NCBI GenBank assembly: GCA_018668255.1
Contig: JABISZ010000073.1
Coordinates: 35,185-99,184, forward strand
From: Pseudomonadota bacterium
GTDB lineage: Bacteria; Pseudomonadota; Gammaproteobacteria; Ga0077536
Length of the DNA: 64,000 nucleotides
Reading direction: 5' to 3'
A program made the translations under genes and the position numbers. Under the pieces are notes generated by a model. The model did not search any database. It was not told where the DNA came from and saw only the letters and a list, made by a program, of their open reading frames with translations. Position 1 is the first letter of the stretch. Each line of letters begins with the position of its first letter. Below are positions 22,258-31,643 of the stretch, piece by piece.

Positions 22258-23475
22258 ATGCGTGCCGGATTAGCCGAATCTAACAGCTCAAAGTCTTTCG
22301 CTCTTGCTGCGACAGAAATTATACGTTCATGTGTTCACTGTGGCATGTGTAATGCTTCCTGTCCGACGTACCAGTTGACGGGTGATGAACTGGAGGGCCC
22401 TCGTGGGCGTATTTATCTCATTAAAGGGATACTTGAGACTGGTGAGACGTCAGATGTCGCACAAACGCATCTTGACCAATGCTTAGTTTGTAGGAGTTGT
22501 GAAGCCTCATGCCCTTCTGGCGTAAAGTATGGAGAGTTACTAGAGCTGACTAAACCGCACATAGAGTCTTCCAATCCCAGTCCACTTGGGCTAAGGATAA
22601 AACGGTATTTGATCGTTCAAATAGTTCCCAGCAAAGTATTGTTTTCAATATTTTTCGCGGTGGGACGGATTTTAAAGCCACTGCTCTCTTCTAATTTAAA
22701 GACACTTATTCCTGAGCGAGTATCGTTGCGAGTATTGAGTAGAGTCCACCATAAAAGGAAAGCACTCTTGCTTTCGACGTGTGCACAATCAGTAGTGAGG
22801 CCGAGCATAGATACTGCGGCTATCAGAATTTTCGATCGTCTTGGGATTACCCTAATACCGGTTGCAGGTGCAGGTTGTTGTGGAGCATTAGCCTTGCACT
22901 GTGGGTATGAAGACAAGGCTATTGTTCAAGCGAAAGCAAATATTGACGCTTGGTGGCCTTATATCGAGTTAGGAGCTGAATCTATCATTGCCACCTCTTC
23001 AGGTTGCGGCTTGCAACTTAAAGGGTATGAAAGGTTATTGAAAGAATTTCCAGACTACAGCGCGAAATCGAAACATCTAGCGGGCTTGATTAGAGATCCC
23101 ATAGAGTTAATAGACGATCAAAAATTATCAGCAGTTATTAAAGACTCAGACCGTTGTAGTGTCGTTTTTCAGTCGCCTTGTTCGCTACAACATGGTCTTA
23201 AGATTAATGGACGCGTTGAAGCTGTGCTCGAGAGGTTAGGTTGGAATTTAACTAAGGTGAAGGATCCACACTTATGTTGCGGATCAGCAGGAAGCTACTC
23301 AATTCTCTATCCAGAAACCTCGGCTGCATTAAGAGAAGAAAAACTCAATGCCTTATGCCAAGGTAGCCCAGAGTTGATAGTCACTGCAAATATCGGATGC
23401 CAGCTTCATTTAGCGGCTAAGAGTGCAGTACCGGTTATCCACTGGCTCGAGCTAATCGAAAGAGAATTGAATTAA
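22258..23475 (+). CDS. glcF: Glycolate oxidase iron-sulfur subunit GlcF
   Basis: 405 aa with two CxxCxxCxxxCP clusters (CVHCGMCNASCP, CLVCRSCEASCP) and C-terminal CCG domains. Confidence 0.85.
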   Translation: MRAGLAESNSSKSFALAATEIIRSCVHCGMCNASCPTYQLTGDELEGPRGRIYLIKGILETGETSDVAQTHLDQCLVCRSCEASCPSGVKYGELLELTKPHIESSNPSPLGLRIKRYLIVQIVPSKVLFSIFFAVGRILKPLLSSNLKTLIPERVSLRVLSRVHHKRKALLLSTCAQSVVRPSIDTAAIRIFDRLGITLIPVAGAGCCGALALHCGYEDKAIVQAKANIDAWWPYIELGAESIIATSSGCGLQLKGYERLLKEFPDYSAKSKHLAGLIRDPIELIDDQKLSAVIKDSDRCSVVFQSPCSLQHGLKINGRVEAVLERLGWNLTKVKDPHLCCGSAGSYSILYPETSAALREEKLNALCQGSPELIVTANIGCQLHLAAKSAVPVIHWLELIERELN

Positions 23476-23504
23476 TAAAGATTTTATCTTGCGAGCTCTA
23501 ATAA

Positions 23505-24296
23505 TCAGTATATTCTCAGTATAGCGGCATCGCCTTCGCCATCGATGAAATCATCGAATCCGTCACCAGGAGGGTTACCATCGTATAGAGAGTACTCTCT
23601 CTGCTGGCGCCAAGCCTCTCTCACGAAGGCATAAGGATCCAGCGCAGCTTGATCTCTTAATCGGCTGGCTTCGAGCAGATTCGCACGTGAATTAATTGCA
23701 CGTACAACTCCGGCTGGAACTGTTACCACTGCAGCTAAATAAGTTAAGGGATTGGTGAAAACACTCATTACCGGCGCGGAAACGTCTCTGTAGGAGCTTG
23801 GTCCCATAAAAGGAAGAGTCAGATAAGCTCCTTCGTCCGCGCCCCATTTTCCGAGTGTTTGCCCGAGATCTTCTTTACGCAAAGGCATTCCTAGCGCAGT
23901 CGCTGGATCAAATAGTCCTCCGATTCCTAGAGTACTATTTACTATAAATCTTCCTGTATCTTTAAAGAAATCCTTAGGTTTTCCTTGCAATATATCGTTT
24001 GTGATCGTGTTCAGATAGCTTGCATTATCGAAGAAATTTGTCACACCTTTTCGTACTACTACAGGTGTCACAGCTACGTATTTTTCAGCGACAGGCTCTA
24101 TAAATTTTTTGTCCAACGTATCATTAAAGGCGTAAATTTTTCTATTCATAGACTCGTGAGGATCATTGTTGGATGTTTTCGATGTCGAGGCACAGCCGGT
24201 AAACAGTACGATGCACAAAGTACTTAATAGACATTTCAGCTGTATGTGATTCTTTAACATGTAGTTTAGTCTCCTCTCGTGTCCTTGATTTCCCAT
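23505..24296 (-). CDS. mlaA: MlaA/VacJ-family outer-membrane lipoprotein
   Basis: 263 aa. A lipoprotein signal (..LFTGCAS) is followed by the MlaA core. It is adjacent to an MlaC-like (HpnM-like) gene. Confidence 0.75.
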   Translation of the reverse strand: MGNQGHERRLNYMLKNHIQLKCLLSTLCIVLFTGCASTSKTSNNDPHESMNRKIYAFNDTLDKKFIEPVAEKYVAVTPVVVRKGVTNFFDNASYLNTITNDILQGKPKDFFKDTGRFIVNSTLGIGGLFDPATALGMPLRKEDLGQTLGKWGADEGAYLTLPFMGPSSYRDVSAPVMSVFTNPLTYLAAVVTVPAGVVRAINSRANLLEASRLRDQAALDPYAFVREAWRQQREYSLYDGNPPGDGFDDFIDGEGDAAILRIY

Positions 24297-24335
24297 ATTA
24301 CCTTAATCGCACGTGCGGGCACCATATTTTTCTTT

Positions 24336-24953
24336 CTAACCTAATTCTTTCAGGGCCTCGATCTTCATTGTTAATTGTCGAAGGAGGCTTTTAATGCCAT
24401 CTTTTTCCATTATGTAAGAATATTCAGCTTTCTTTAGGGCTAGGTCTGAGACTCCCTCCGAAATTACATTTACGATAAGCCAGCCTTCTGTGTTTTTCCT
24501 CAAGAGGTATTTCAGTGATGTCCTGTCCCCGTTGTCCGACAGTAGGCTTGTACTTAAGGAAAGGGAGTTATTTCTTGATTTTCGCTCAACAATTATAAAT
24601 TTCTGACCGGAGTAGTTTGAAAAGTGGTGCGCATAGGTTGATATGCTGAGCGATCGCATGACGCTCACGAACTCCTGTTTATCCTCGTGGGACAGTACTT
24701 CCCATTTTTCCCCGAGGACTACTTTACTGATTAGTGGAAAGTTAAAACTTTGACTCACAACGTTTCTGATTATGTCTATTCGGCCGGCATGGCCCAAGCT
24801 TTTTTCAGATTTCATTGCTGTTAGCAGCACTTCGTGCAAATTGAGAACTATTTCCTCGCCGCCGAGCGAGCGATCTCCTCCCCAACCAGGAGTACTAAAT
24901 AGGCACAGAATAGAAAAAATTATGACGATTCGATAGAAATTGGCCTTACCCAT
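24336..24953 (-). CDS. Periplasmic MlaC/Ttg2D-family lipid-binding protein, HpnM-like by context
   Basis: 205 aa with a signal peptide and the MlaC-like conservation pattern (..VLGEKW..Q..F, EGVSDLALKKAEY..GIKSLLRQL). It lies immediately downstream of the hpnI/B-like and hpnH genes. Confidence 0.5.
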   Translation of the reverse strand: MGKANFYRIVIIFSILCLFSTPGWGGDRSLGGEEIVLNLHEVLLTAMKSEKSLGHAGRIDIIRNVVSQSFNFPLISKVVLGEKWEVLSHEDKQEFVSVMRSLSISTYAHHFSNYSGQKFIIVERKSRNNSLSLSTSLLSDNGDRTSLKYLLRKNTEGWLIVNVISEGVSDLALKKAEYSYIMEKDGIKSLLRQLTMKIEALKELG

Positions 24954-24977
24954 ATGACATCCTGATTAGAATATTTA

Positions 24978-26093
24978 TTAACTCATTTTACGGTATATTC
25001 TATTTTTCCAACGTGTCCGTTCGCCGCGCCAGTAGCGAATGGCCGAAGTCCATGTCATAGCTAAGAACAGCGAACTAGCAAATGGTAAAGAGAAAACCCA
25101 GAAAGATGAGCACCGGTAATGTTTTATAGTGGGCAAGTATGCAATACACATCGCTATTAGACTTATTGCGGACAATAGTCGAACATTGCTATTGCCGGAT
25201 AGAATTCCAGCCAACGGCGCTAGAAAAGTGATCACCAAGAGTGCAGAGCAGAGTAGAAGCAAAGGCAGTGAATATTTTAGTTGAGTGAATGCAGTTCTCG
25301 CGACCATGTTCCATATGTTGGACAAAGTGCCATAAGGGCGAATAGCCTCAACATCATGGCTGAGGCCGATCCACGTAAGGCCCCCTGCTTTTTTAACCAG
25401 TTTTGCAAGTGTGCAATCATCAATGATCGCATCGTGTAGTGCGGTAAAACCTCCTATATCGTCCAACTTTGACGCCTTAATTAAGATGCAGCCACCGGCT
25501 GCCCCCGCAATCTTGGAGTTTGGATCATTACTTAATGCGAAAGGATAGATAAGTTTGAAAAAAAAGATAAAAGCGGGAAGCAAAAGCTTTTCCCATAGAT
25601 TCGTTATAGGTAACAGAGCCATTATCGACACAAGGTCTAAGTTCTTTTTTTGTTGAAGCCGGAAGAGGTCTGTTAGAGCTTGGGGAGCGAGCCTTATATC
25701 AGCATCCAGCAAAAGCAAATAAGGTGTTGAGATCTTCTTCCTACCTTGCTCTAAGGCCCAGAGCTTTCCTGTCCACCCTGGAGGGGGAGGTTGCCCTTCT
25801 ACCAAATAAAGATTTTTTATGTTGAGATTTTTAACAGTGCTCGCTGTCTCATCCGTACTTTGATCATCTATCACAACGATGCCGCCCAGAGAGCCTTGCG
25901 ACGCTACAGCCAAAATAGTTTCTGTTATGCATTCTGCTTCATCTCTCGCAGGTATTAACGCAGTAATGTGGGAGAGGGAAGGAGTGCTTTGCTCAACTCT
26001 TTCTAGTTTCTCGCTTGCAGACCATGGGCGCCAAGGCAAGCACAGTAGCGTTAGCCAGAGTATTACCGAAATTGAGGAAAGAGCTATTAGCAT
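24978..26093 (-). CDS. Membrane family-2 glycosyltransferase, hopanoid-associated HpnI/HpnB-like
   Basis: 371 aa with an N-terminal TM segment, a GT-A core (IPARDEA, DDQSTDET, LLDADI) and C-terminal TM helices. It is the operon neighbour of hpnH. Confidence 0.55.
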   Translation of the reverse strand: MLIALSSISVILWLTLLCLPWRPWSASEKLERVEQSTPSLSHITALIPARDEAECITETILAVASQGSLGGIVVIDDQSTDETASTVKNLNIKNLYLVEGQPPPPGWTGKLWALEQGRKKISTPYLLLLDADIRLAPQALTDLFRLQQKKNLDLVSIMALLPITNLWEKLLLPAFIFFFKLIYPFALSNDPNSKIAGAAGGCILIKASKLDDIGGFTALHDAIIDDCTLAKLVKKAGGLTWIGLSHDVEAIRPYGTLSNIWNMVARTAFTQLKYSLPLLLLCSALLVITFLAPLAGILSGNSNVRLLSAISLIAMCIAYLPTIKHYRCSSFWVFSLPFASSLFLAMTWTSAIRYWRGERTRWKNRIYRKMS

Positions 26094-26144
26094 AGGGGCC
26101 TATACCTCCGGGTGTCGCGGCAGCATCTAGAACGTTAGCTTTTG

Positions 26145-27281
26145 TTAAGCGACTTCTCTTTTTTCCGTACCAGCTTTTTCTATGATATTTCCCATTGGGA
26201 TAATAGTCTGAGACTCAGCTTCAGGCTCTTCTTCATAGTAGAACGGAACCTCTGGTGCAAGATCCCCTTGGGTCTTTGGACCAGCTAAAAATACTTTCAG
26301 TGCCTTAAGCGGGTTATTAAACGTATCGTCAACCGCAGTAGCTTCATATCCGCAATGAACCATACAGTCAGCGCACTTCGGATTAACACCAGTACCATAT
26401 TTATCCCATGCGGTATCGTTTATTAATTCATCGAAGGTTGACGCGTAACCTTCTCCCACAAGCAGGTAACACGGTTTCTGCCAACCAAAAACATTTCGAG
26501 TGGGATTCCCCCAAGGCGTACAGTGATAGGTCTGGTTTCCGGCCAAAAAATCTAAATATAACGTAGATTGATTAAAGCGCCATTTTTTCCCCTTGCCCGC
26601 TTTAAATATATCTCTAAACAGATTTTTACTTGCTGATTTTTTAAGAAATACGTCTTGCTTTGGGGCTCTTTCATAGGAATAGCCGGGAGATATGGTGACG
26701 CCTTCTACACCAAGAGCCATCATTTCGTCCATAAAGTCACTTACTTCATCTGGTGTTTCCCCTTGGAACAGCGTGCAGTTCACAGTGACGCGAAAGCCTC
26801 GTTGAAGAGCCTTTTTAATGACACTTACGCATTTGTCATATACGCCCTTCCGGCATACAGACGCATCATGTCGTTCTCGACCTCCATCCAAATGTATGGA
26901 AAATGTAAGATACTTTGACGGCTCATACGAATCCATGTGCTTATCAAGAAGGATGGCATTAGTGCACAAATAAACAAACTTTTTACGATCGAGATACCCT
27001 TGCACTATCTGCCGCATTTCTTTGTGTATGAGGGGTTCTCCACCTGCAATCGAGACCATTGGTGCTCCGCACTCATCGATGGCTTCCATACATTTTTCAT
27101 AGCTCAGGCGCTTGTTAAGTATGTCAGACGGGTAGTCTATTTTTCCGCAACCAGAGCAAGCTAGATTACAACGGAATAATGGCTCCAGCATTAAGACGAG
27201 TGGATACCGCTTAACTCGTTTTAGTTTTTGGCTGAGAATATATCGACCTACTCGATATTGCTGGACTAGTGGAACACCCAT
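26145..27281 (-). CDS. hpnH: Radical SAM adenosylhopane synthase HpnH
   Basis: 378 aa with CNLACSGCGKI (Cx3Cx2C) about 35 residues from the N-terminus. The length and the MGVPLVQQ..YILSQKLKRVKRYPLVLMLEPLF start fit the HpnH family. Confidence 0.75.
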   Translation of the reverse strand: MGVPLVQQYRVGRYILSQKLKRVKRYPLVLMLEPLFRCNLACSGCGKIDYPSDILNKRLSYEKCMEAIDECGAPMVSIAGGEPLIHKEMRQIVQGYLDRKKFVYLCTNAILLDKHMDSYEPSKYLTFSIHLDGGRERHDASVCRKGVYDKCVSVIKKALQRGFRVTVNCTLFQGETPDEVSDFMDEMMALGVEGVTISPGYSYERAPKQDVFLKKSASKNLFRDIFKAGKGKKWRFNQSTLYLDFLAGNQTYHCTPWGNPTRNVFGWQKPCYLLVGEGYASTFDELINDTAWDKYGTGVNPKCADCMVHCGYEATAVDDTFNNPLKALKVFLAGPKTQGDLAPEVPFYYEEEPEAESQTIIPMGNIIEKAGTEKREVA

Positions 27282-27436
27282 GCGATTTTCCTATTTTAAG
27301 GACAGATTGTATATGATTATTATATATTTACGACGTCTTTTATACCTATTACTAACAGTACCGCAATAGAGGGTAAAAGTACAGCTTTGTTGTCGTATAA
27401 AAGTGTTAAAATTCTTTCAAAGAAAACAACGCCAGC

Positions 27437-27465
27437 TTGCAACCAAGCGTGCTGCTCTCCATAAT
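27437..27465 (+). promoter_or_regulatory. Putative sigma70 promoter for dxs (TTGCAA-17-CATAAT)
   Basis: The -35 TTGCAA at 27437-27442 and the -10 CATAAT at 27460-27465 are 17 bp apart, about 45 bp upstream of the dxs ATG. This is a motif match only. Confidence 0.3.
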
Positions 27466-27511
27466 TCACACCCTAAGGTAATTGCTGGCAAATTGTGAGA
27501 AAAATAATAAT

Positions 27512-29368
27512 ATGACGAATGGAAAGAAATACTCGCTACTCGACGAAATTGATAGCCCAAAGAGTATGAGAAAGTTACCGGAGGATCAGTTAATTGATTT
27601 GGCCTCCGAAGTTAGAGAGTTCCTCTTGGAGAGCATTAGCCAGGTCGGTGGTCACTTTGCTTCAGGTTTAGGAACTGTAGAACTTACTATCGCACTTCAT
27701 TATTTATTTAATACACCAGAAGACCGTATAGTCTGGGATGTAGGACATCAAGCTTATCCGCACAAAATTTTGACAGGGCGAAAAGATCGACTGCACACCA
27801 TCCGTCAGCACGAAGGTCTTGCACCATTTCCGAAGAGAGATGAGAGTCCATACGATACCTTTGGAGTTGGCCACTCCAGTACTTCTATAAGTGCTGCACT
27901 AGGGATGGCTATAGCTGCGGAGCATGACGGTACTGGTCGGCGTGCGGTAGCTGTTATCGGGGATGGAGCGATGACAGCCGGAGTAGCTTTTGAGGCAATG
28001 AATCATGCTGGAGATCTTGGTACTGATTTACTTGTTATTTTGAACGACAACAACATGTCTATTTCTCCAAATGTGGGAGCGCTTTCTAACAGGTTTGCGC
28101 AAATACTATCTGGGAAACTTTATACCAGTGTGCGAGAAGGAAGTAAGAAGATGTTGTCTCAGATGCCGTCCGTCTGGGAGTTAGCTAGACGAGCTGAGGA
28201 GCATGTCAAAGGCTTGATTGTCCCTGGAACACTATTTGAAGAGTTTGGTTTTAATTATATCGGTCCCATAGATGGACACGATTTGCCGACCTTACTCTCT
28301 ACTCTGAAAAACATTAAAAAGCTTTCTGGGCCTCAATTGCTACATGTAATAACAAAGAAAGGTAAAGGTTATGGCCCTGCTGAGTCTGACCCGATTAAAT
28401 ATCATGGTGTCTCCCCATTTGATCCAGAGGTAGGGATAAAGAAATCCCCCGTTAAAAAAGCTCCAAATTATAGCGATGTCTTTGGCGATTGGATCTGTGA
28501 TATGGCTGATCAAGATAGAAGGCTCGTAGCTATTACTCCTGCGATGAGAGAAGGCTCAGGTCTAGTCCGTTTTGAAACAGAATTTCCAAAGAGATACTTC
28601 GATGTAGCGATAGCAGAACAGCACAGTATAAATGTAGCCGCAGGTATGGCCTGTGATGGTGTTAAACCCGTAGTGGCAATTTACTCAACCTTTTTGCAGA
28701 GAGGTTACGACCAGGTAGTGCATGATGTTTGTAATCAGAACCTTCCTGTTCTTTTTGCCCTAGACCGTGCCGGCTTAGTTGGTGCAGATGGGCCAACGCA
28801 TAATGGGTGTTATGATTTATCTATTTTGCGGTGCTTGCCAAATATGACCATTATGGCGCCGTCCGACGAGAATGAGTGCAGGCAAATGTTGTACACGGGG
28901 TTCATGATGGATAGTCCAGTGGCTGTTCGCTATCCCCGAGGAACTGGTCCCGGCGCAGAGATAGAGCAACAGATGACAGCAATACCCCTAGGTAAAGCCA
29001 GCTTAAAGCGCAGAGGGGCTAAAGTTGCTTTGTTAAGTTTTGGCACGACGTTGCAGATCGCGCTGAATGTGGGCGAACGTTTAGACGCTACAGTCGTTAA
29101 CATGCGTTATGTTAAGCCGCTCGACACGGACATGATCTTGGAAATGGCTGGTTCTCATGACACCCTCATAACAATAGAAGAAAACATGGTTGCTGGTGGC
29201 GCCGGTAGTGCCGTTAATGAAGTTTTAGCGTTACATGGTAGACACTTGAAGATTTTAAACTATGGATTACCCGACAGGCTTATTCAGCATGGATCGCGTG
29301 ATGACATGCTCGTGGATGCGGGCTTGACCGAGGAAGGTTTTGAGGAGTTTGTAAAAGCCCAGTTGTGA
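27512..29368 (+). CDS. dxs: 1-deoxy-D-xylulose-5-phosphate synthase (MEP pathway entry)
   Basis: TPP-binding GDGAMTAG, conserved GHxSTS and transketolase-like domains. The ORF track starts at a TTG at 27482; the first ATG ([13 protein letters not shown]) is at 27512 and aligns with Dxs N-termini. Confidence 0.95.
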   Translation: MTNGKKYSLLDEIDSPKSMRKLPEDQLIDLASEVREFLLESISQVGGHFASGLGTVELTIALHYLFNTPEDRIVWDVGHQAYPHKILTGRKDRLHTIRQHEGLAPFPKRDESPYDTFGVGHSSTSISAALGMAIAAEHDGTGRRAVAVIGDGAMTAGVAFEAMNHAGDLGTDLLVILNDNNMSISPNVGALSNRFAQILSGKLYTSVREGSKKMLSQMPSVWELARRAEEHVKGLIVPGTLFEEFGFNYIGPIDGHDLPTLLSTLKNIKKLSGPQLLHVITKKGKGYGPAESDPIKYHGVSPFDPEVGIKKSPVKKAPNYSDVFGDWICDMADQDRRLVAITPAMREGSGLVRFETEFPKRYFDVAIAEQHSINVAAGMACDGVKPVVAIYSTFLQRGYDQVVHDVCNQNLPVLFALDRAGLVGADGPTHNGCYDLSILRCLPNMTIMAPSDENECRQMLYTGFMMDSPVAVRYPRGTGPGAEIEQQMTAIPLGKASLKRRGAKVALLSFGTTLQIALNVGERLDATVVNMRYVKPLDTDMILEMAGSHDTLITIEENMVAGGAGSAVNEVLALHGRHLKILNYGLPDRLIQHGSRDDMLVDAGLTEEGFEEFVKAQL

Positions 29369-29382
29369 AATTACTGAGGAGA

Positions 29383-30456
29383 CTATCTTAGAGTTTTAGT
29401 TAAAGCTTCCAAGAGTCTGTTCATATCATTCTCAGAGATTGCACCCATCAGAGATAATCTGAAAACCTTAGTTGAAAAGTGTCCTTGGCCTGCGTAGATA
29501 ATGAATCCAAGCGACTTGAGTTCATCGTGTAAATGCTGATACACCTTACCTAATGGCAGTTGGAACGTGTTGAGAACGCAGGAAGATTCAGATAGCTCTA
29601 TTAGTGGTTTTATCCCGAAAGAGAGCAACTTTTTCTGCACTTTTGACATTCTGCTAGAAAACAACTGATGTCGAGCTTGCCAGCCCCCTTCCTCTAAAAA
29701 CTCGTTCATCGCCTCATCAAAGGCGTAAAAGCATTGCACTGATTGTGTGAAAGGCGTTTCACCTAGATCTTGCTTAACAAGGTACTGGGCTAGGTCCAGG
29801 TAAACTGATTTTGCGGGGTGGGTTGTTTGAAAAAGTACTCGTCGGGCAACAACGAAAGCTGTTCCTGGTACACCATGTAGGCACTTGTTCGCTGTCGCGG
29901 CACAGGCATCAAGCTCCCACTTTTCGAAGTCTATACTTTCCCCCCCAAAACTACTTACACCATCCATTAACACGCGTGCCCCATGCTTCCGGCACACCTC
30001 AGAAATAGCTGCAATATCATTTAGGCGTCCAGTGGTAGTTTCGTGATGGACTATCGCTACATGTGAGTATCGAGATCCATCAAGCGCTTTATCTAGCTTT
30101 TTCAGTGAGATTACTTGATCCCATCCTGTACTGAGCTTTTCATGATCTATATTATGCGCAATCGCAATTTTGGTCATACGTTCACCATAAACGCCATTTT
30201 CTACGATCAGGATCTTTCCACTCGGAGGAACGCAACTTACAAGCATGGCTTCTACGGCCGCGGTCCCTGACCCAGTCAATAAAATACTTGCCCAAGTTTT
30301 GTTATCGAGCGCATATGCCGCAAGAATTTTTTGCCTAATTTTTCTCTGCAGGTTAGAGAATTCGATTTCCCTGTGACAAAGATCTTGGCCTTGCAGAGCG
30401 TCTCGCACTCGTTGGCTAAGTGTTACTGGTCCAGGATTTAAAAGAATCTGTTTCAC
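29383..30456 (-). CDS. phnW: 2-aminoethylphosphonate:pyruvate aminotransferase (PhnW/AepZ, class V)
   Basis: 357 aa. NPGPV, HREIEF, HHETTTG, SSFGG and ANKC..GVPG all match PhnW. Confidence 0.75.
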   Translation of the reverse strand: MKQILLNPGPVTLSQRVRDALQGQDLCHREIEFSNLQRKIRQKILAAYALDNKTWASILLTGSGTAAVEAMLVSCVPPSGKILIVENGVYGERMTKIAIAHNIDHEKLSTGWDQVISLKKLDKALDGSRYSHVAIVHHETTTGRLNDIAAISEVCRKHGARVLMDGVSSFGGESIDFEKWELDACAATANKCLHGVPGTAFVVARRVLFQTTHPAKSVYLDLAQYLVKQDLGETPFTQSVQCFYAFDEAMNEFLEEGGWQARHQLFSSRMSKVQKKLLSFGIKPLIELSESSCVLNTFQLPLGKVYQHLHDELKSLGFIIYAGQGHFSTKVFRLSLMGAISENDMNRLLEALTKTLR

Positions 30457-30492
30457 TATGTCTCTTATCCTTATAAGTGGTGAGTTATTGTT

Positions 30493-31632
30493 CTATCCAA
30501 TATGGCTTTTGAGACGGACTAAAACATCTGATGGAGCTATTGTAGGCCGAGGTAGACCTTTTGGCACTCCAGTTTGGATTTTCATATGCATGAACCGAGC
30601 GCCTCTATGGCTAGGCTCAGTTAGGAAGTCATGCAAAACTTCTAATTTATTGCTGCGCCAGACATTAGAGTAACCGCAGGCAACAGCTATTCCATCAAAC
30701 TGGGTGTCTTTAGAAACAGTCGCTTGACCACCAGTAGAGTCATGCGCTTCGTTGTCTAGTAACAAATGAGAAAAGTTAGGTGGATTACATGCCCCTATGG
30801 TTGCAAGATTGCCTAGTCGCATTAGTGCGGCCCCATCGCCGTCTATGACTAGTACTTTTAAATCAGGCCGACTAAGCGCTAATCCTAGACCGAGTGACGA
30901 AGCGCACCCCATGGATCCAACCATATAGAAATAATTCGGGAGATCGGCGATAGAGTAAAGCTCGCGACCGGTATATCCGGTAGTGGCTATGACGACGGTA
31001 TTAGTTTGTTGAGTCGTCTTTACTATCGATTGCAGAACTTGGTTTCTCGTTAGTGTAGTAACGTCAATATTTTCATCACCGTGATAAAAAGTATTTTGTT
31101 TCTTGTTTGGGAGTTGATTGGATAGATTAAAGTTCGCCACCGATCCTTTTTGCATAATCAAAGAGTAGGATTCATGTTTTTCTTCTATGCTTTGCGAGAT
31201 GTTGGCTAGGGTTGAATTAATTTCCTTAGTTGCTCGTGGGAAACTCTCATAGCTTATGCCAATACAATCGAATAACTCTTTTGTAATATTGCCCATCAGT
31301 TCATGTTGTGGTTCGTCCTGTAGTCCAGGTTCACCTCGATGAGTACAGATTACCAAGACGGGGATCTTAAAAGTATGTATGAGAGAAGTGAGCGGGCTAA
31401 TAGCATTACCGAGCCCTGAGTTTTGCATTAAGGCAACACTTTTTTTCCCACCTATAGAAGCACCTGCTGCTATAGCTATTGCATCGCCTTCATTCGCGGC
31501 TGAAACATAATTGAGCGAACTTGCGCTGATTACGTAGTTTATTAGTGGGGTTAAAAAAGAGCATGGTACTCCTGCGTACCAATCATACCCTTGATTTTTT
31601 AGCGGCAATATAAACTCTTCTGCTCGTATCAC
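30493..31632 (-). CDS. ppd: Phosphonopyruvate decarboxylase (TPP-dependent)
   Basis: 379 aa with a TPP-binding GDGAALM..N motif. Its length and the N-terminus MIRAEEFI..YDWYAGVPCS are typical of AepY/Ppd. It lies directly downstream of the PEP mutase. Confidence 0.75.
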   Translation of the reverse strand: MIRAEEFILPLKNQGYDWYAGVPCSFLTPLINYVISASSLNYVSAANEGDAIAIAAGASIGGKKSVALMQNSGLGNAISPLTSLIHTFKIPVLVICTHRGEPGLQDEPQHELMGNITKELFDCIGISYESFPRATKEINSTLANISQSIEEKHESYSLIMQKGSVANFNLSNQLPNKKQNTFYHGDENIDVTTLTRNQVLQSIVKTTQQTNTVVIATTGYTGRELYSIADLPNYFYMVGSMGCASSLGLGLALSRPDLKVLVIDGDGAALMRLGNLATIGACNPPNFSHLLLDNEAHDSTGGQATVSKDTQFDGIAVACGYSNVWRSNKLEVLHDFLTEPSHRGARFMHMKIQTGVPKGLPRPTIAPSDVLVRLKSHIG

Positions 31633-31643
31633 GTATTAGCGCC

